This document shows positions 49,220 to 59,462 of a stretch of 64,000 nucleotides of DNA, in pieces. This DNA is from an uncultured Acidobacteriota bacterium (GTDB taxonomy: Bacteria; Acidobacteriota; Vicinamibacteria; Marinacidobacterales; SMYC01). The notes under the pieces were generated by a model. It was not told the DNA's origin and made no database searches. It saw nothing but the letters and a program-made list of their open reading frames with translations. How positions within the stretch are numbered: the stretch's first letter is position 1; each line of letters begins with the position of its first letter. A program made the translations under genes and the position numbers. The DNA is taken from positions 426,964 to 490,963 of the forward strand of contig CAVQUX010000015.1 in the NCBI GenBank assembly GCA_963716925.1. The letters are read 5' to 3'.

Positions 49220-50192
49220 TCAGTAGACGTCCAGATCGCGGCCGACGACGACTTGTCCCGAATAGCCCGACATTTCGCTCAGCACGGCCGCCGGCGTCGA
49301 CCGCTCGGCGTCGACAGCAGGTCGCAGGGACATCGAGGCGTGGTAGAGAATCAGCAATCGTGGCTTGGCCTGCGTGGCGAGCTCGGTGAGCTGCGCCGTC
49401 GTCGTGTGGAATTGCGCGGCATAGCCTCGGAAATCCTGGCGTTTGGCGAGCCACTCCAGCGTCAGCACCTCGTGAATCAACACGTCACATCCGTGGCAGG
49501 CGTCGATCGTCGCCTGCGTCGGATTGGTGTCGCCCGAGATGACGATGCTGCGGTCGGGCGTGTCGAATCGGTATCCGTAGCTTTCCATCGCGTGCTTCGT
49601 CGGGAAGGCCGTGACGGTGACGTTGGCGTCCTTGTAGACGACGCCGGCGCGGATCTCGTGCGCGTTCACGGCATGGCCCTCGGGAAACGCGCCCACTGAA
49701 TACGGCTGCGGTCCTTCGTCCGCGTCTCGAAGTCGGCGCTGTACGCTTCGAAGAGATGCTCGGTCATCGCCTTGATTCCCGCGGGACCATAGACCTCCAA
49801 GGGGACGCGCCGTCCGATCACCCAGGGCGTGAGAATCAGGTCCGGGTATCCGACGGTGTGATCGGAATGAAGGTGCGTCACGAAGACGACCCGCAGTTTG
49901 ACCGGTTCCAGCGCGGGGATTCCCCGGTCGACGACCGCGGACTTCGCACGCCGTACGACTCCGGCGCCGATGTCCACCAGGTACGGCGTGCCGTTCACGA
50001 CGACCGCCGTCGCCGGTCCTGACCGATCGGGGTCGGCGGGAGGATTTCCGGTGCCAAGTAGCACGATCTGCGTCTGATTCGGCTCGGCCGTTGACGTCTG
50101 GCGCTCGGCGGAAAGCTCGTCGTGACAAGGACGACCGAACCGAGGACCGCTTCGCACAGTACCGCTTTTGGAATTCGTCTTTGATTGGGCAA
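49220..50192 (-). pseudogene. RNase Z-like MBL-fold hydrolase with frameshifts near 50115 and 49695
   Basis: LLGTGNP, THLHSDH, ISGDT, DVLIHE and LYH spread over three frames. Confidence 0.82.
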
Positions 50193-50392
50193 TGGGGTGA
50201 GGCAGGGGCCGAGGAGTCAATGAGCCGAAGCCTCCCGGCCCCGTTTTTCTGGATGGTTGCGTCATCCTCTCCGTCTCGATTAAGCTACCCACAGAAATCT
50301 AGGAATTCGTAAGGTCACGCCTTGCCATAGTCGCCAAAGCCGACGGGCAGAACTTCATGGGATCCACCGGTTCGGCATTAACCGGGGGAACC

Positions 50393-51244
50393 ATGACACG
50401 CTATCTCGGAATCGTGGCGATGCTTCTATTCTTCGCTTCGAGCTTTGCCGAAGCGAGCGCCATCCTCTTAGGGGACCGCAGGGTGGTTTTCGGAGAGGCG
50501 CGTGCCACTTCGAATGATGATGGCGATCTGGAATTTGACCGCCTAGAACCATCATCTGAGTTCGCACCTTTCAACGAAACCGCTACCTTCCAGGCCACAG
50601 TGGGAGACACAGGCTCGCAAGGAATCGCCAGCCAGAACAGTTCCGTAACTACAAGTCTGATTACCGGTAGTGGAGAGATGGACTACAGTGCGTTTCTTGC
50701 TGGGCAGGCTGAAGTTGAAAGGGCAACCGCGCACGCAGCGTCGAACTTCGACATCGGTTTCATTTTGACTACGCCGCACACGTTCGATTTTTCGGGCCTC
50801 ATGTCGATCGAAGCGAGCCTAAGAGGCAGTGAAGCCGATGGATTTCTCGGTCTAATTGGTCCGGTTGGCTTCGGCTTCCAACTGTTCGCAGTTCCGGGAT
50901 CACTGACTTCTTTGCCTGTCACCCAATCCGGAAGACTTACGCCTGGGAGCTACGTGTTGTTCGCTGGCTTTAGGGGTTCAGCCAATACGGACAGCAGCCT
51001 GGGGTTGTCGACGAGCAGTGGTGGTGGAGATTGGGCCTTCGAGTTTCGACTTAATGAGATCACGGGTGTGCCCGAGCCCACATCCCTATGGCTCCTGGCT
51101 CCGGTCGTTTCCGGAGCGCTCTTCAGGAAACGCCTGTCGTCCAACCCGGCACGTTTCCCCTTCGTCGGCACCACGAATAGCCGGTCCGCGGCTCTCAAAG
51201 AGAGCAGAGGTCGTTCGTTCCTGGTGACTCGGTGGATGAAGTAG
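50393..51244 (+). CDS. PEP-CTERM surface protein
   Basis: Signal; VPEPTSLWLL..FRKR; lower GC than the flanking core genes. Confidence 0.8.
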   Translation: MTRYLGIVAMLLFFASSFAEASAILLGDRRVVFGEARATSNDDGDLEFDRLEPSSEFAPFNETATFQATVGDTGSQGIASQNSSVTTSLITGSGEMDYSAFLAGQAEVERATAHAASNFDIGFILTTPHTFDFSGLMSIEASLRGSEADGFLGLIGPVGFGFQLFAVPGSLTSLPVTQSGRLTPGSYVLFAGFRGSANTDSSLGLSTSSGGGDWAFEFRLNEITGVPEPTSLWLLAPVVSGALFRKRLSSNPARFPFVGTTNSRSAALKESRGRSFLVTRWMK

Positions 51245-51462
51245 GCGCTCGCCTTCCAGCGTGCTCGACTCCTCCAAACTAGAATGCACTCCATGATGGA
51301 GAAACGCGGTTCCGTCCGTCTAAAGGAGGAGTTGTTAATAGGCAAAGTACTATCAGCTTGGTGGAGATAGGTGGGGTCAGAATGCTGGAACGGCCCCTTC
51401 GCAGTTTGGATAAACCCAGAGGGCGCCTTGGCGGGAAAAGTAAATACCGGAGGGTAACGCCA

Positions 51463-52986
51463 ATGAGAATACTCTTGCTCGCGGTCCTGGGCGCGTTTCC
51501 CCTCAATGCCGCCGCAGAGATCCAGATCATCTCCGCGACGTACGGTCCCAATTGCGGGGCGGCGCACGACAACGCCAGAGATGCCGTCGCGGCGGCGTGC
51601 AACGGTCAGAAATCGTGCGTTTACACGGTCGATTACCACGTGCTAGGCGACCCGGCTCCGGGCTGCGCCAAAACCTTTGTGGCGGAATGGACTTGCGCCA
51701 CAGGCGCCCGACAGCATCGACAAGAGCTGCCGTCCGAGGCCGGCCTCGGCTCGCAACTGAAGCTCGCCTGCGGACTTGGCGCGATCGCGGGCAGTATCGT
51801 CGCCAACCCGAACGAGAACGATACTGCCGCACAGGCTGCGGCAGAATGGATTGTGCCGCCTACGCCAGAGACTCCGGTAGTAGAGATTCTGCCTCCCACG
51901 CTAGAGATAACCGCAATCAACCCCTCCCAACCGATCTTTAATGCCCCTTGGGGTGTTCACTTTCGGTTAATCAACAACTGGCTCGCTCGGAAGCCGTTGA
52001 CGGGCTGGCTCGAGGCAGTCGCCTACGATTCGTCAGATCCTGTGAAAGCACATGCGATCGGTGGGCAAAGCTACCCCATCGCGGATTTGCAGGTGGATCA
52101 GGTCGCCGAAGGTGATCTTGTCTTCTTGACTACCTCTTCAATCGGGAATGGGTATGTGGAGCTGACGTACTTCAATATCTCCTCGGGCTATTCCCCAGCT
52201 CCACGCTCATCGGATGGCGTCCTTCCTGATGTTCCACCTGATGTGAAGGCGGAGCTACTGGGCAGCGGCAATGCGGGAGCGCTTTCCACGGCAAGGTCAG
52301 ACGTCGTCGTGGTTCCCTCCGAGTCCGAGAAGTTCGCGGTCGTTTTCGATTTCGACACGGACAGCTGTTATCCGTCAGCTGCGGTGTCCGATGAGGGAAT
52401 CGTGAATCCCGGACTCTCAGTAAATGACTGGGGCATCACCTCGGGGTGTCGGCAGGGGGGTCAACTGGAAAAAGCCAAGACGTATTACCGCAAAGAATCC
52501 ATTGGAGACTACAGCGTCCATATGTATGCGCTTTACTTCATGAAGGACAAGGCCGCCGATAGTGTCAGCGGCCATAGACATGACTGGGAGTTTGCACTGG
52601 TCTGGACAATTAATGGCGCGATCACTCATGCGAGCTACAGCCACCACGGCGACGTCACCACGCAAGCGAGATCCGAACTCTATTTTGATCTCGACGCAGA
52701 GGACCATGTCAAAATCGTCTACCACCATGATGGTGCCTTGACTCATGCGATGCGGTTCGCGGGCAAAGACGAACAGGCCGAGAACCATCTGGGTCGTTGG
52801 GTGACACCGACCTTAGTTGATTGGCACACCATGACGGAGGAACTCCGGCGCAAATTCAACGAACATGATTTCGGGGAGGCTAATTGCTCGTTCAACGACT
52901 CAAACTTTCCTGAAGAGATCGCGAAGTCGCCTCCGCCGGGCTACCCGTCCGGGGCTGACTGGAAAGCGGCCGCTAGGAACCCATGA
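51463..52986 (+). CDS. Secreted SUEL/rhamnose-binding lectin domain fused to an NPP1 (Nep1-like) domain
   Basis: IISATYG..C...CNG..SC....LGDPAPGC.K; C-terminal DSCYPSAA, MYALYFMKD and the GHRHDWE heptapeptide. Confidence 0.88.
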   Translation: MRILLLAVLGAFPLNAAAEIQIISATYGPNCGAAHDNARDAVAAACNGQKSCVYTVDYHVLGDPAPGCAKTFVAEWTCATGARQHRQELPSEAGLGSQLKLACGLGAIAGSIVANPNENDTAAQAAAEWIVPPTPETPVVEILPPTLEITAINPSQPIFNAPWGVHFRLINNWLARKPLTGWLEAVAYDSSDPVKAHAIGGQSYPIADLQVDQVAEGDLVFLTTSSIGNGYVELTYFNISSGYSPAPRSSDGVLPDVPPDVKAELLGSGNAGALSTARSDVVVVPSESEKFAVVFDFDTDSCYPSAAVSDEGIVNPGLSVNDWGITSGCRQGGQLEKAKTYYRKESIGDYSVHMYALYFMKDKAADSVSGHRHDWEFALVWTINGAITHASYSHHGDVTTQARSELYFDLDAEDHVKIVYHHDGALTHAMRFAGKDEQAENHLGRWVTPTLVDWHTMTEELRRKFNEHDFGEANCSFNDSNFPEEIAKSPPPGYPSGADWKAAARNP

Positions 52987-53009
52987 TCGCTGCTCGGTGC
53001 TCACCGTCT

Positions 53010-53433
53010 TCAGTGACGATACTCGCGACCAGGAGCTCGCCCCGGGGTAACGAAGGCGGGCCGCCTCGAGTTTGGTGTCCTCTTGTTCCGAAAGAGGCCG
53101 CCGGTCTATTACGCGTTCGATCTCCTCTGGTGGGACGGTGCGGACCTGGGCGACTATCCGCTCTTAAGGCGGAAGGAGTTTCTCAGGGGGCGACTACCTG
53201 CAGAGTCCGAGAAGATTCTCTTCGCCGATCATGTTGAGGAAAAAGGGGTCGAGTTTTTCGGCAAGGTGTGCGCAATGGATCTCGAGGGAATCGTCGCGAA
53301 GCGGAAGATGTCACTCTATCGGGACGGAACGCGCTGGCTAAAGATCCGAAATCCGAACTACAGCCAGAAGGAGGGGCGGAGAGAGCTGTTCGAGTCGCGG
53401 CGGACACGGACAGAATGGGCGGTCCTAAAGTAG
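53010..53433 (+). pseudogene. 5'-truncated ATP-dependent DNA ligase fragment
   Basis: YYAFDLLW, PLLRRK, EGIVAKR and WLKI motifs; KxDG motif I absent. Confidence 0.8.
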
Positions 53434-53487
53434 CTGATTGAAGACAGTTGGATTGCCGCCGTAGAATCTCGCGAAGGAGCCGTTCCC

Positions 53488-56104
53488 GTGATCGGCCGCA
53501 CCCTATCTCACTACAGGATTCTCGAGAAGCTCGGCTCAGGCGGGATGGGAGACGTCTACCTCGCCCAGGACACAGAGCTTAAACGCGACGTAGCGCTCAA
53601 AGTGCTCCCGCCGGAGCTAGCGGAAAACGAGGAGAGGCGAGCCCGGTTCAATCGAGAAGCGCGAACCGTCGCCGCGCTGAACCATCCGAACATCGTCACC
53701 GTGTACTCCGTGGAGGAGGCCGAGGGCATTCACTTCATCACCATGGAACTTGTCCGGGGGAAGACGCTATCGGAGCGGATCCCCAAGGGAGGCCTCTCCT
53801 TGGAGAGATTCTTCAAGATTGCCATCCCGCTTGCCGACGCCGTCGCAGTGGCTCACGACCATGGGATCATCCACCGCGATCTGAAGCCAGCCAATGTGAT
53901 GCTGACGGAAGACGGCCGGGTCAAGGTGCTCGACTTCGGTCTGGCTAAGCCGACGGCGGGTCTCTCGAGCGGTGACGGCGCTGCGAGCGAACTACCGACG
54001 GCGGCGAGGACTACGGAGGGTGTGATCGTGGGGACGGCGAGCTATATGTCCCCGGAGCAGACGGAAGGAAAGACGATCGATCCTCGCTCGGACATCTTTT
54101 CCCTCGGGGTGGTTCTTTACGAGCTTGCCACGGGGCAGCGCCCCTTCCGCGGCGACAGCGCGACCGCCGTTCTCTCGTCCATTTTGAAGGACACACCTGT
54201 TTCGGTGATGGAGCTCAAGCCGGAGCTGCCCTCCGAGCTCTCGAAGATCGTTCGGCGTTGCCTCGTCAAGGATCCGGAGCACCGTTACCAGAGCGCCAAG
54301 GACGTCCGCAACGAGATCGAGGAACTCAAGCAGGAAATGGACTCAGGAAGCCTGGTAGCCTCCCAGCGTCCGACGGAGGTCCGTCGGTCGGGACCGGTCA
54401 TCGCCGTACTCGGGCTTGCAGTCGTGTCGGTGGTGTTTGCGGCGTGGTTCCTGTCGCGCCCCCGGACGAGGAGCGTGCCGCGACTCGTGCACCCCGTGCA
54501 GCTCACGTCGGCTATCGGCGTCGAGGACCATCCCACGTGGTCTCCAGACGGGCGCATGATCGCTTATGAATCTCAGCAGAGCGGAAACTGGGACCTCTGG
54601 GTCACTCAAGCAGAAAAAGGACAGCCCGTTAACCGAACCGCTGATTTTCCCGGATTGGATCGCCGCCCGAGCTGGCACCCCGATGGCTCCGCCATCGCGT
54701 TCGTCTCCGAGAGAGAGGGGGGCGGCTGTTTCGTGTCGCCGGCAGTAGGCGGCGAACCGCGTCGAAGACAGGCTACTAGGCGGTTTAATTCAGTGCCGCA
54801 GTGGTCATCGGATGGCCAGGAAATTGCGTGTCTCGTCCGCGAAGACCCTGGGACGGACCTCGACATCCGCAATGTCTCGACACAGGAAGTGAGGCGCCTG
54901 CGCTTCTCCGGTCTGATAGACACGCCTTTCGACCTGAGCTGGTCTCCCGACGGTCGTTTTTTCGCATACGTTGACGCCGTCGATGACGCTTCGGACGTGA
55001 CGTTCGTCCGAGTGTTACGGATGGCCGACGGACAATCGTACCCCATGACCGACGGCCGTACGAAGGACCGCAGCCCGAGCTGGTCCGCCGATGCCCGGGC
55101 TCTCTACTACGTCTCGAATCGTGGTGGGAGCATGGACCTCTGGCAGCAATCCCTCACAGCGGACGGCGAGCCCGAAGGCGCGCCCCGGCCCGTCACGGTG
55201 GGAATCGATATGCGAAGCGCGGTTTTCTCACCCGATGGGGCGATGCTCGCTTATTCCCGCGGTCGGCCAGTGGCGAACCTCTGGCGGGTCTCTATTCTTC
55301 CCGGACGTCCCGCGACCTGGAAGGACGCTACCCAGCTTACATTCGACCAAGTCACCGTGGAGTTCATGGACGAGTCCCCAGACGGGAAATGGATCGCAGT
55401 GAACTCCGATCGCAAGGGGAACCATGACGTGTGGATCCTTCCCGTGGAGGGGGGGGACATGCGCCAGCTCACGCTCGACCCGACACCGGAATGGAAGCCC
55501 ACCTGGTCTCCAGACGGGAAGTACCTTGCGTTTTACGCCTATCGCAATGGAAACCGTGATATCTGGATCATGCCAGCCGAGGGGGGAGCCTGGCGTCAGG
55601 TGACGAGGGACGAATCGGACGAGTATAACGAGCGCTGGTCTCCCGACGGTCTCAGCCTTGTGTTCCAGAAGAACAGGGACATATGGAAGATCTCCGTTGA
55701 CGGCACCGAAGAGGTTCAGTTAACGGTTGATCGTGCTATCGATGCCCGTCCCGATTGGTCGCCCGACGGCAAGTGGATTGTGTTCGATTCCGACCGAACC
55801 GGGTCACGCCGCCTTTGGCGAGTCCAAGCGGAAGGGGGCGACGCCGAGCCTCTCACGAAGGGTCCCGGCTTACGGCCTTTCTTTTCGAACGATGGAAGGC
55901 GTGTCTTTTTCGAGGGCGACGGGGAACGGAACCGGGAATTTTTGGGAGCTTTCTCTGGAGGACGGGGAGGAGCGCCCTGTGACCGATCTTCGTGGAAGGC
56001 AGGGGGAACTTCTTCGCCATTCCGTCTCTCACGACGGGAAATCGCTCTACTTCACCTGGAGCGAGGACCTCGGCGACATCTGGGTCATGGATGTCGTTCA
56101 ATGA
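53488..56104 (+). CDS. Ser/Thr protein kinase with TM and TolB/PD40 repeats (frameshift near 55930)
   Basis: [25 protein letters not shown] and YMSPEQ; WSPDG repeats; last blade lies in frame 55727-56104. Confidence 0.93.
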
Positions 56105-56477
56105 TTGACCGAATCCCCACTCCAGGGTCGTCGAGGAGGTTAGCCGAAGAGGGATAGGTCGAGAGCGAACTAGCACCGGTCCCCGTACCCTCGCAGAACA
56201 GCGTCGGGTTGGTCCTTCGCAGTTTCAGGCCCACGAAGAGGCCCACTTGAACAGCTTGAAAGCGCGCCCTTTGCGCGAGAGTGGTCCTTGGGACGCCGCA
56301 GTTTCATGATCCGAATGTAGATGACAAGGGCCAGCGTGCTATCAAGCCATCTAGCCGCCTCCCGATACAATGGTCCCAGGCCCACGTCTAGCCAACTCTA
56401 TTGTCGCCAGAACTAAAGACTGGGCCATCCCGGTGGTCCAACCAGGCCCAGACGGAATCCATCTCCGGTGCGCCCCT

Positions 56478-56674
56478 CCCCCAAGAAAATCTGGGGGTGT
56501 GTGAGAGCTAAATCTCTCCTCCTCACTCTCCATCTCAATCGTCACACCCATAATTACTTTAGAGGGGGTACCCCCTATAGCAGTTCCGGGTTGTGTGCGT
56601 CTTCAGTCCCTTCTCCTCTCTCTCCTCTCTCTACTCACACAACCCTGTTTGGTTTAAGGGGGTGGGTGGGACAC
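56478..56674. repeat. Two tandem ~91-bp quasi-palindromic units (A 56478-56568, B 56571-56662) joined by AGGGGGTACCCCCT
   Basis: Each unit reads CCCCC-N10-12-GGG(G/T)TGTGTG-pyrimidine tract-CACAC(AA)CCC-N12-14-GGGGG. Confidence 0.8.
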
Positions 56675-56800
56675 GCCGACCACATCGGACGAAGTCGGGT
56701 TCTTGGTTCTCATAAGGTCCACTCGTGTGGGAACCTCTCCGGGGCGGACATTCTAGTACTATTTCACCGGTCGCGTTCCGACCGAAAACTGGAGGTATCG

Positions 56801-57241
56801 ATGATTTGGACCGCTCTTCTCTCGCTCCTCGCAGCCGCGGGAGCCGCGCAGCAATCCACGGTGAATGAGATCGAGAAGATCGAGGTCGTCTTCAACGGGG
56901 CGTACGAGCGAAACGAGCTCGACGCCTACTTCTCCTACTTCGCCGATGACGTCACGATGTGGTTCGAGAGCGGGAGGGTGAATCTCGCCGACTACAAGAA
57001 AGACTGGTACGCGCTCATCAAAGGAGGCGGCGGCGTCGAGAAGAACGCGCTCTCCGACATGCGCGTGCAGGTCTCGCCGGGCGGAGAGACCGCCATCGCC
57101 ACATACAAGTTGGATGTCCTCACCCGGCAAGCCGACGGAAAAAAGACCAAAGAGCAGGCCTACGAGACCGACGTCTGGTTCAAGCGCGATGGGAAGTGGA
57201 AGCTCGCTCACGCTCACTACAACTCGAAAGTGGTGCCCTGA
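56801..57241 (+). CDS. Secreted NTF2-like (DUF4440/SnoaL) protein
   Basis: RBS ggagg; signal; TDVWFKRDGKWKLAHAHYN. Confidence 0.88.
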   Translation: MIWTALLSLLAAAGAAQQSTVNEIEKIEVVFNGAYERNELDAYFSYFADDVTMWFESGRVNLADYKKDWYALIKGGGGVEKNALSDMRVQVSPGGETAIATYKLDVLTRQADGKKTKEQAYETDVWFKRDGKWKLAHAHYNSKVVP

Positions 57242-57378
57242 AGAAGGACGCTCGACTCTCGGACATCCTCGACCGGCTCCCTTCTCGCTCGAAGCGCACC
57301 GAGGCGGAACGGAAGCAGGGGCGCGGATTCGAGACGCCCTGATTACAAACTGCGTTCAGCCGGGTGGCACCGCCTCCA

Positions 57379-58882
57379 TCAAGAGTGCAAGCGCTTTCGA
57401 CAGAGCTTCGGGGCGCGGTATGTGACCTTGACTACCGCTTCGCCCGGTTCAGCACCTTTGTAGTGTCCGAGGCGTACGACCACGAGGCTGTGCGAAGGAA
57501 TGATGATGGTGTACTGGCCTCCCGCTCCCTGCATGGAGTACGCCTCCCTGGGAATCGGGAACGCGTCCGTTCCGTTGATCCAGAAGAAACCGCCGTAGAC
57601 TGGCCTTCCGTCTGCGGCCCACGCCGGTGCGACCGTGCTTACGAACTTCGTGTAGCCCTCCGGGAGGATCCGCTCCCCGTTCCAGACGCCGTCCTGGAGA
57701 TAGAGATTGCCGAGCCGCGCCCAATCTCTAGCCGATCCGAGCTCGTAGCCCTGGAGTAGGAAGTTCCCGTAGGGGTCGGCCTCGACTACCATGTTGCGGA
57801 TCCCGATCTTGTCGAAAAGCTCGCGCCGCGGAAAGAAAGATACTCCTCGCCCCTTCCTTCGACTCCGAGCCGCACGAGGTAGTTGATGAGCACGGGGTCG
57901 CAGTTGCGGTAGCGTCCAACGGTGTTCGGCGGCCACTCCTGCGGCCGGGTCGCGGCCCAGGAAAATGAGTTGGCGCCGCCGGTATAGAGGTAGAGGTGAT
58001 CGGGGTAACCGAGGGATGGATCGAGTCCGGGCTCGCCGGGCGCGGGGCATCGCAACCCGCTCGACATCCGGAGGATATCCTGAATCTTGATTTGTGCCCT
58101 CGGGATCCCCTCCTCCTGCCATTCCGGAATCGGCGCCGGTTGCTCGAGCTGATAGACGCCTTTCAGGATCATCATACCCATGAGCGTCGCCGTGAGGCTC
58201 TTTCCCATCGACCAGCTTTCGAGCGGCGTGTGCATGTCGATGCCGTCCGCGTATCTCTCGCCGATGAGGCGGCCCTTCCAGGTGACGACGAACGCGGCGG
58301 TCATTTCAAGAGACTCGAACGCGGCGTCCACCGCCGCAGCGACTTTGGCGGCGTTGAGCTCTGCGCGGAGAGGCTCCTCGGGGAGCAGATCCCCCATGGG
58401 CCACGGAGTCGTCGCGGCGTCGGGAAGAGTCGACGTGAGCTTCACCGGCGTGTAGTGGATGGAGTCCTCGCCTTTGGCAAGGGCCACACAGCCCTGGTCT
58501 CCCAGGTACTTCGCGGTGCGCACGACGCCGGTATCGAGCGTCAGGTGAACCGCCTTGTTCTCGCGGTCGATGCGCTTCTCCGTCACGTGCTTGCGTTCCT
58601 CGTACGGGCCAGTGAAATAGCCCACGTTCTCCGCGCGAAGTCGGGGTCGAGACCGGTGATGAAGACTGCCGAGCAGAGGGTTTTGGCAAAGCCCGCCGTG
58701 TGGTGCTCGAGCGCGTCTCCCGGAGGAGGTGTGTACTCTGTCTTCAGCTCGAGCGGCTTCGCACGAGCGATGAGCGCTTCGTCAGAGCCGGGCGGGGGAG
58801 AAGCGACGGGCTCGGCGGGCGGTGGACCGCCGCAGGCGGCGCAGAGGATGAGCACGATTCCCAGGAACGTAGCGCGTCTCAT
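57379..58882 (-). pseudogene. Lipoprotein serine hydrolase (beta-lactamase class C-like), frameshifts near 58634 and 57830
   Basis: LCAAC lipobox; SWSMGKS (SxxK), LRMSSGL, Y.N, ARLG.LYLQDG.W and GAGGQ across three frames. Confidence 0.85.
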
Positions 58883-59002
58883 GTCGACCTCCGGGGTGGA
58901 TTCTATTGATGTCGCGCGGATAAATCGACGACGGTATCCAGACCCCGCAGGAACAACCCGAGGACTCACACTCTGCCCGTAGCGGATCGAGGGGACAGGT
59001 CA

Positions 59003-59106
59003 GGGTACCCCCTATAGCGATTCGGGGTTGTGTTCCAATTCCCGATATCCATCTCTCCCTCTCTACTCACACACTCCTGATTGGTTTAGGGGGGGCGGGT
59101 GAACAC
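59003..59106 (+). repeat. Third quasi-palindromic unit (C), an imperfect direct repeat of 56566-56674
   Basis: Shares gggtaccccctatagc..ttc.gggttgtgt...ctctctactcacaca..cctg.ttggttta.ggggg. Confidence 0.85.
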
Positions 59107-59229
59107 CAGGCTGATCGACTGCCGTCTGATCTCGCGGCCGGTTTCGCAGGCCAGTGCCGGGAGTTCTCCGCAGGATTTTGATGGATTAGAAAAGTAGGGT
59201 CGCCCTCGGGATGGAAACAAGTGAGCCTT

Positions 59230-59420
59230 AAGGTGCGTCCCAACGATTTTGTGGTGGAGCAGCTCGGGAACAACGCGGCTCGCTGCTTCGCACGAGGAAC
59301 AGAGTCCGCGTCCTTTGCAGGAAAAGGCAACCGGAACTCGGCACGAACGACGAACAGAAAGGAGAGGTCCGAGTAAGCCCCAAGCTTGAACCGGGAAAGG
59401 TTCCCTATGATACAGAAATC
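59230..59420 (-). mobile_element. Decayed IS91-family (rolling-circle) transposase zinc-binding domain remnant; boundaries approximate
   Basis: VAFSCKGRGLCSSC matches the IS91 Zn-domain motif (L/V)AFSCKxRxxCPSC; Y2 catalytic domain not seen. Confidence 0.65.
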
Positions 59421-59462
59421 GCCTCGTCAGCTGGGTGCCGCATCTCGCGGAGTTCACCCCTT

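Noticed and set aside
56468-56800. N-terminal extension of the NTF2 ORF
   Set aside because: Translates the palindromic repeat; the real RBS and ATG are at 56801
56478-59106. CRISPR array interpretation of the repeats
   Set aside because: Units are ~90 bp, divergent and irregularly spaced; no cas genes
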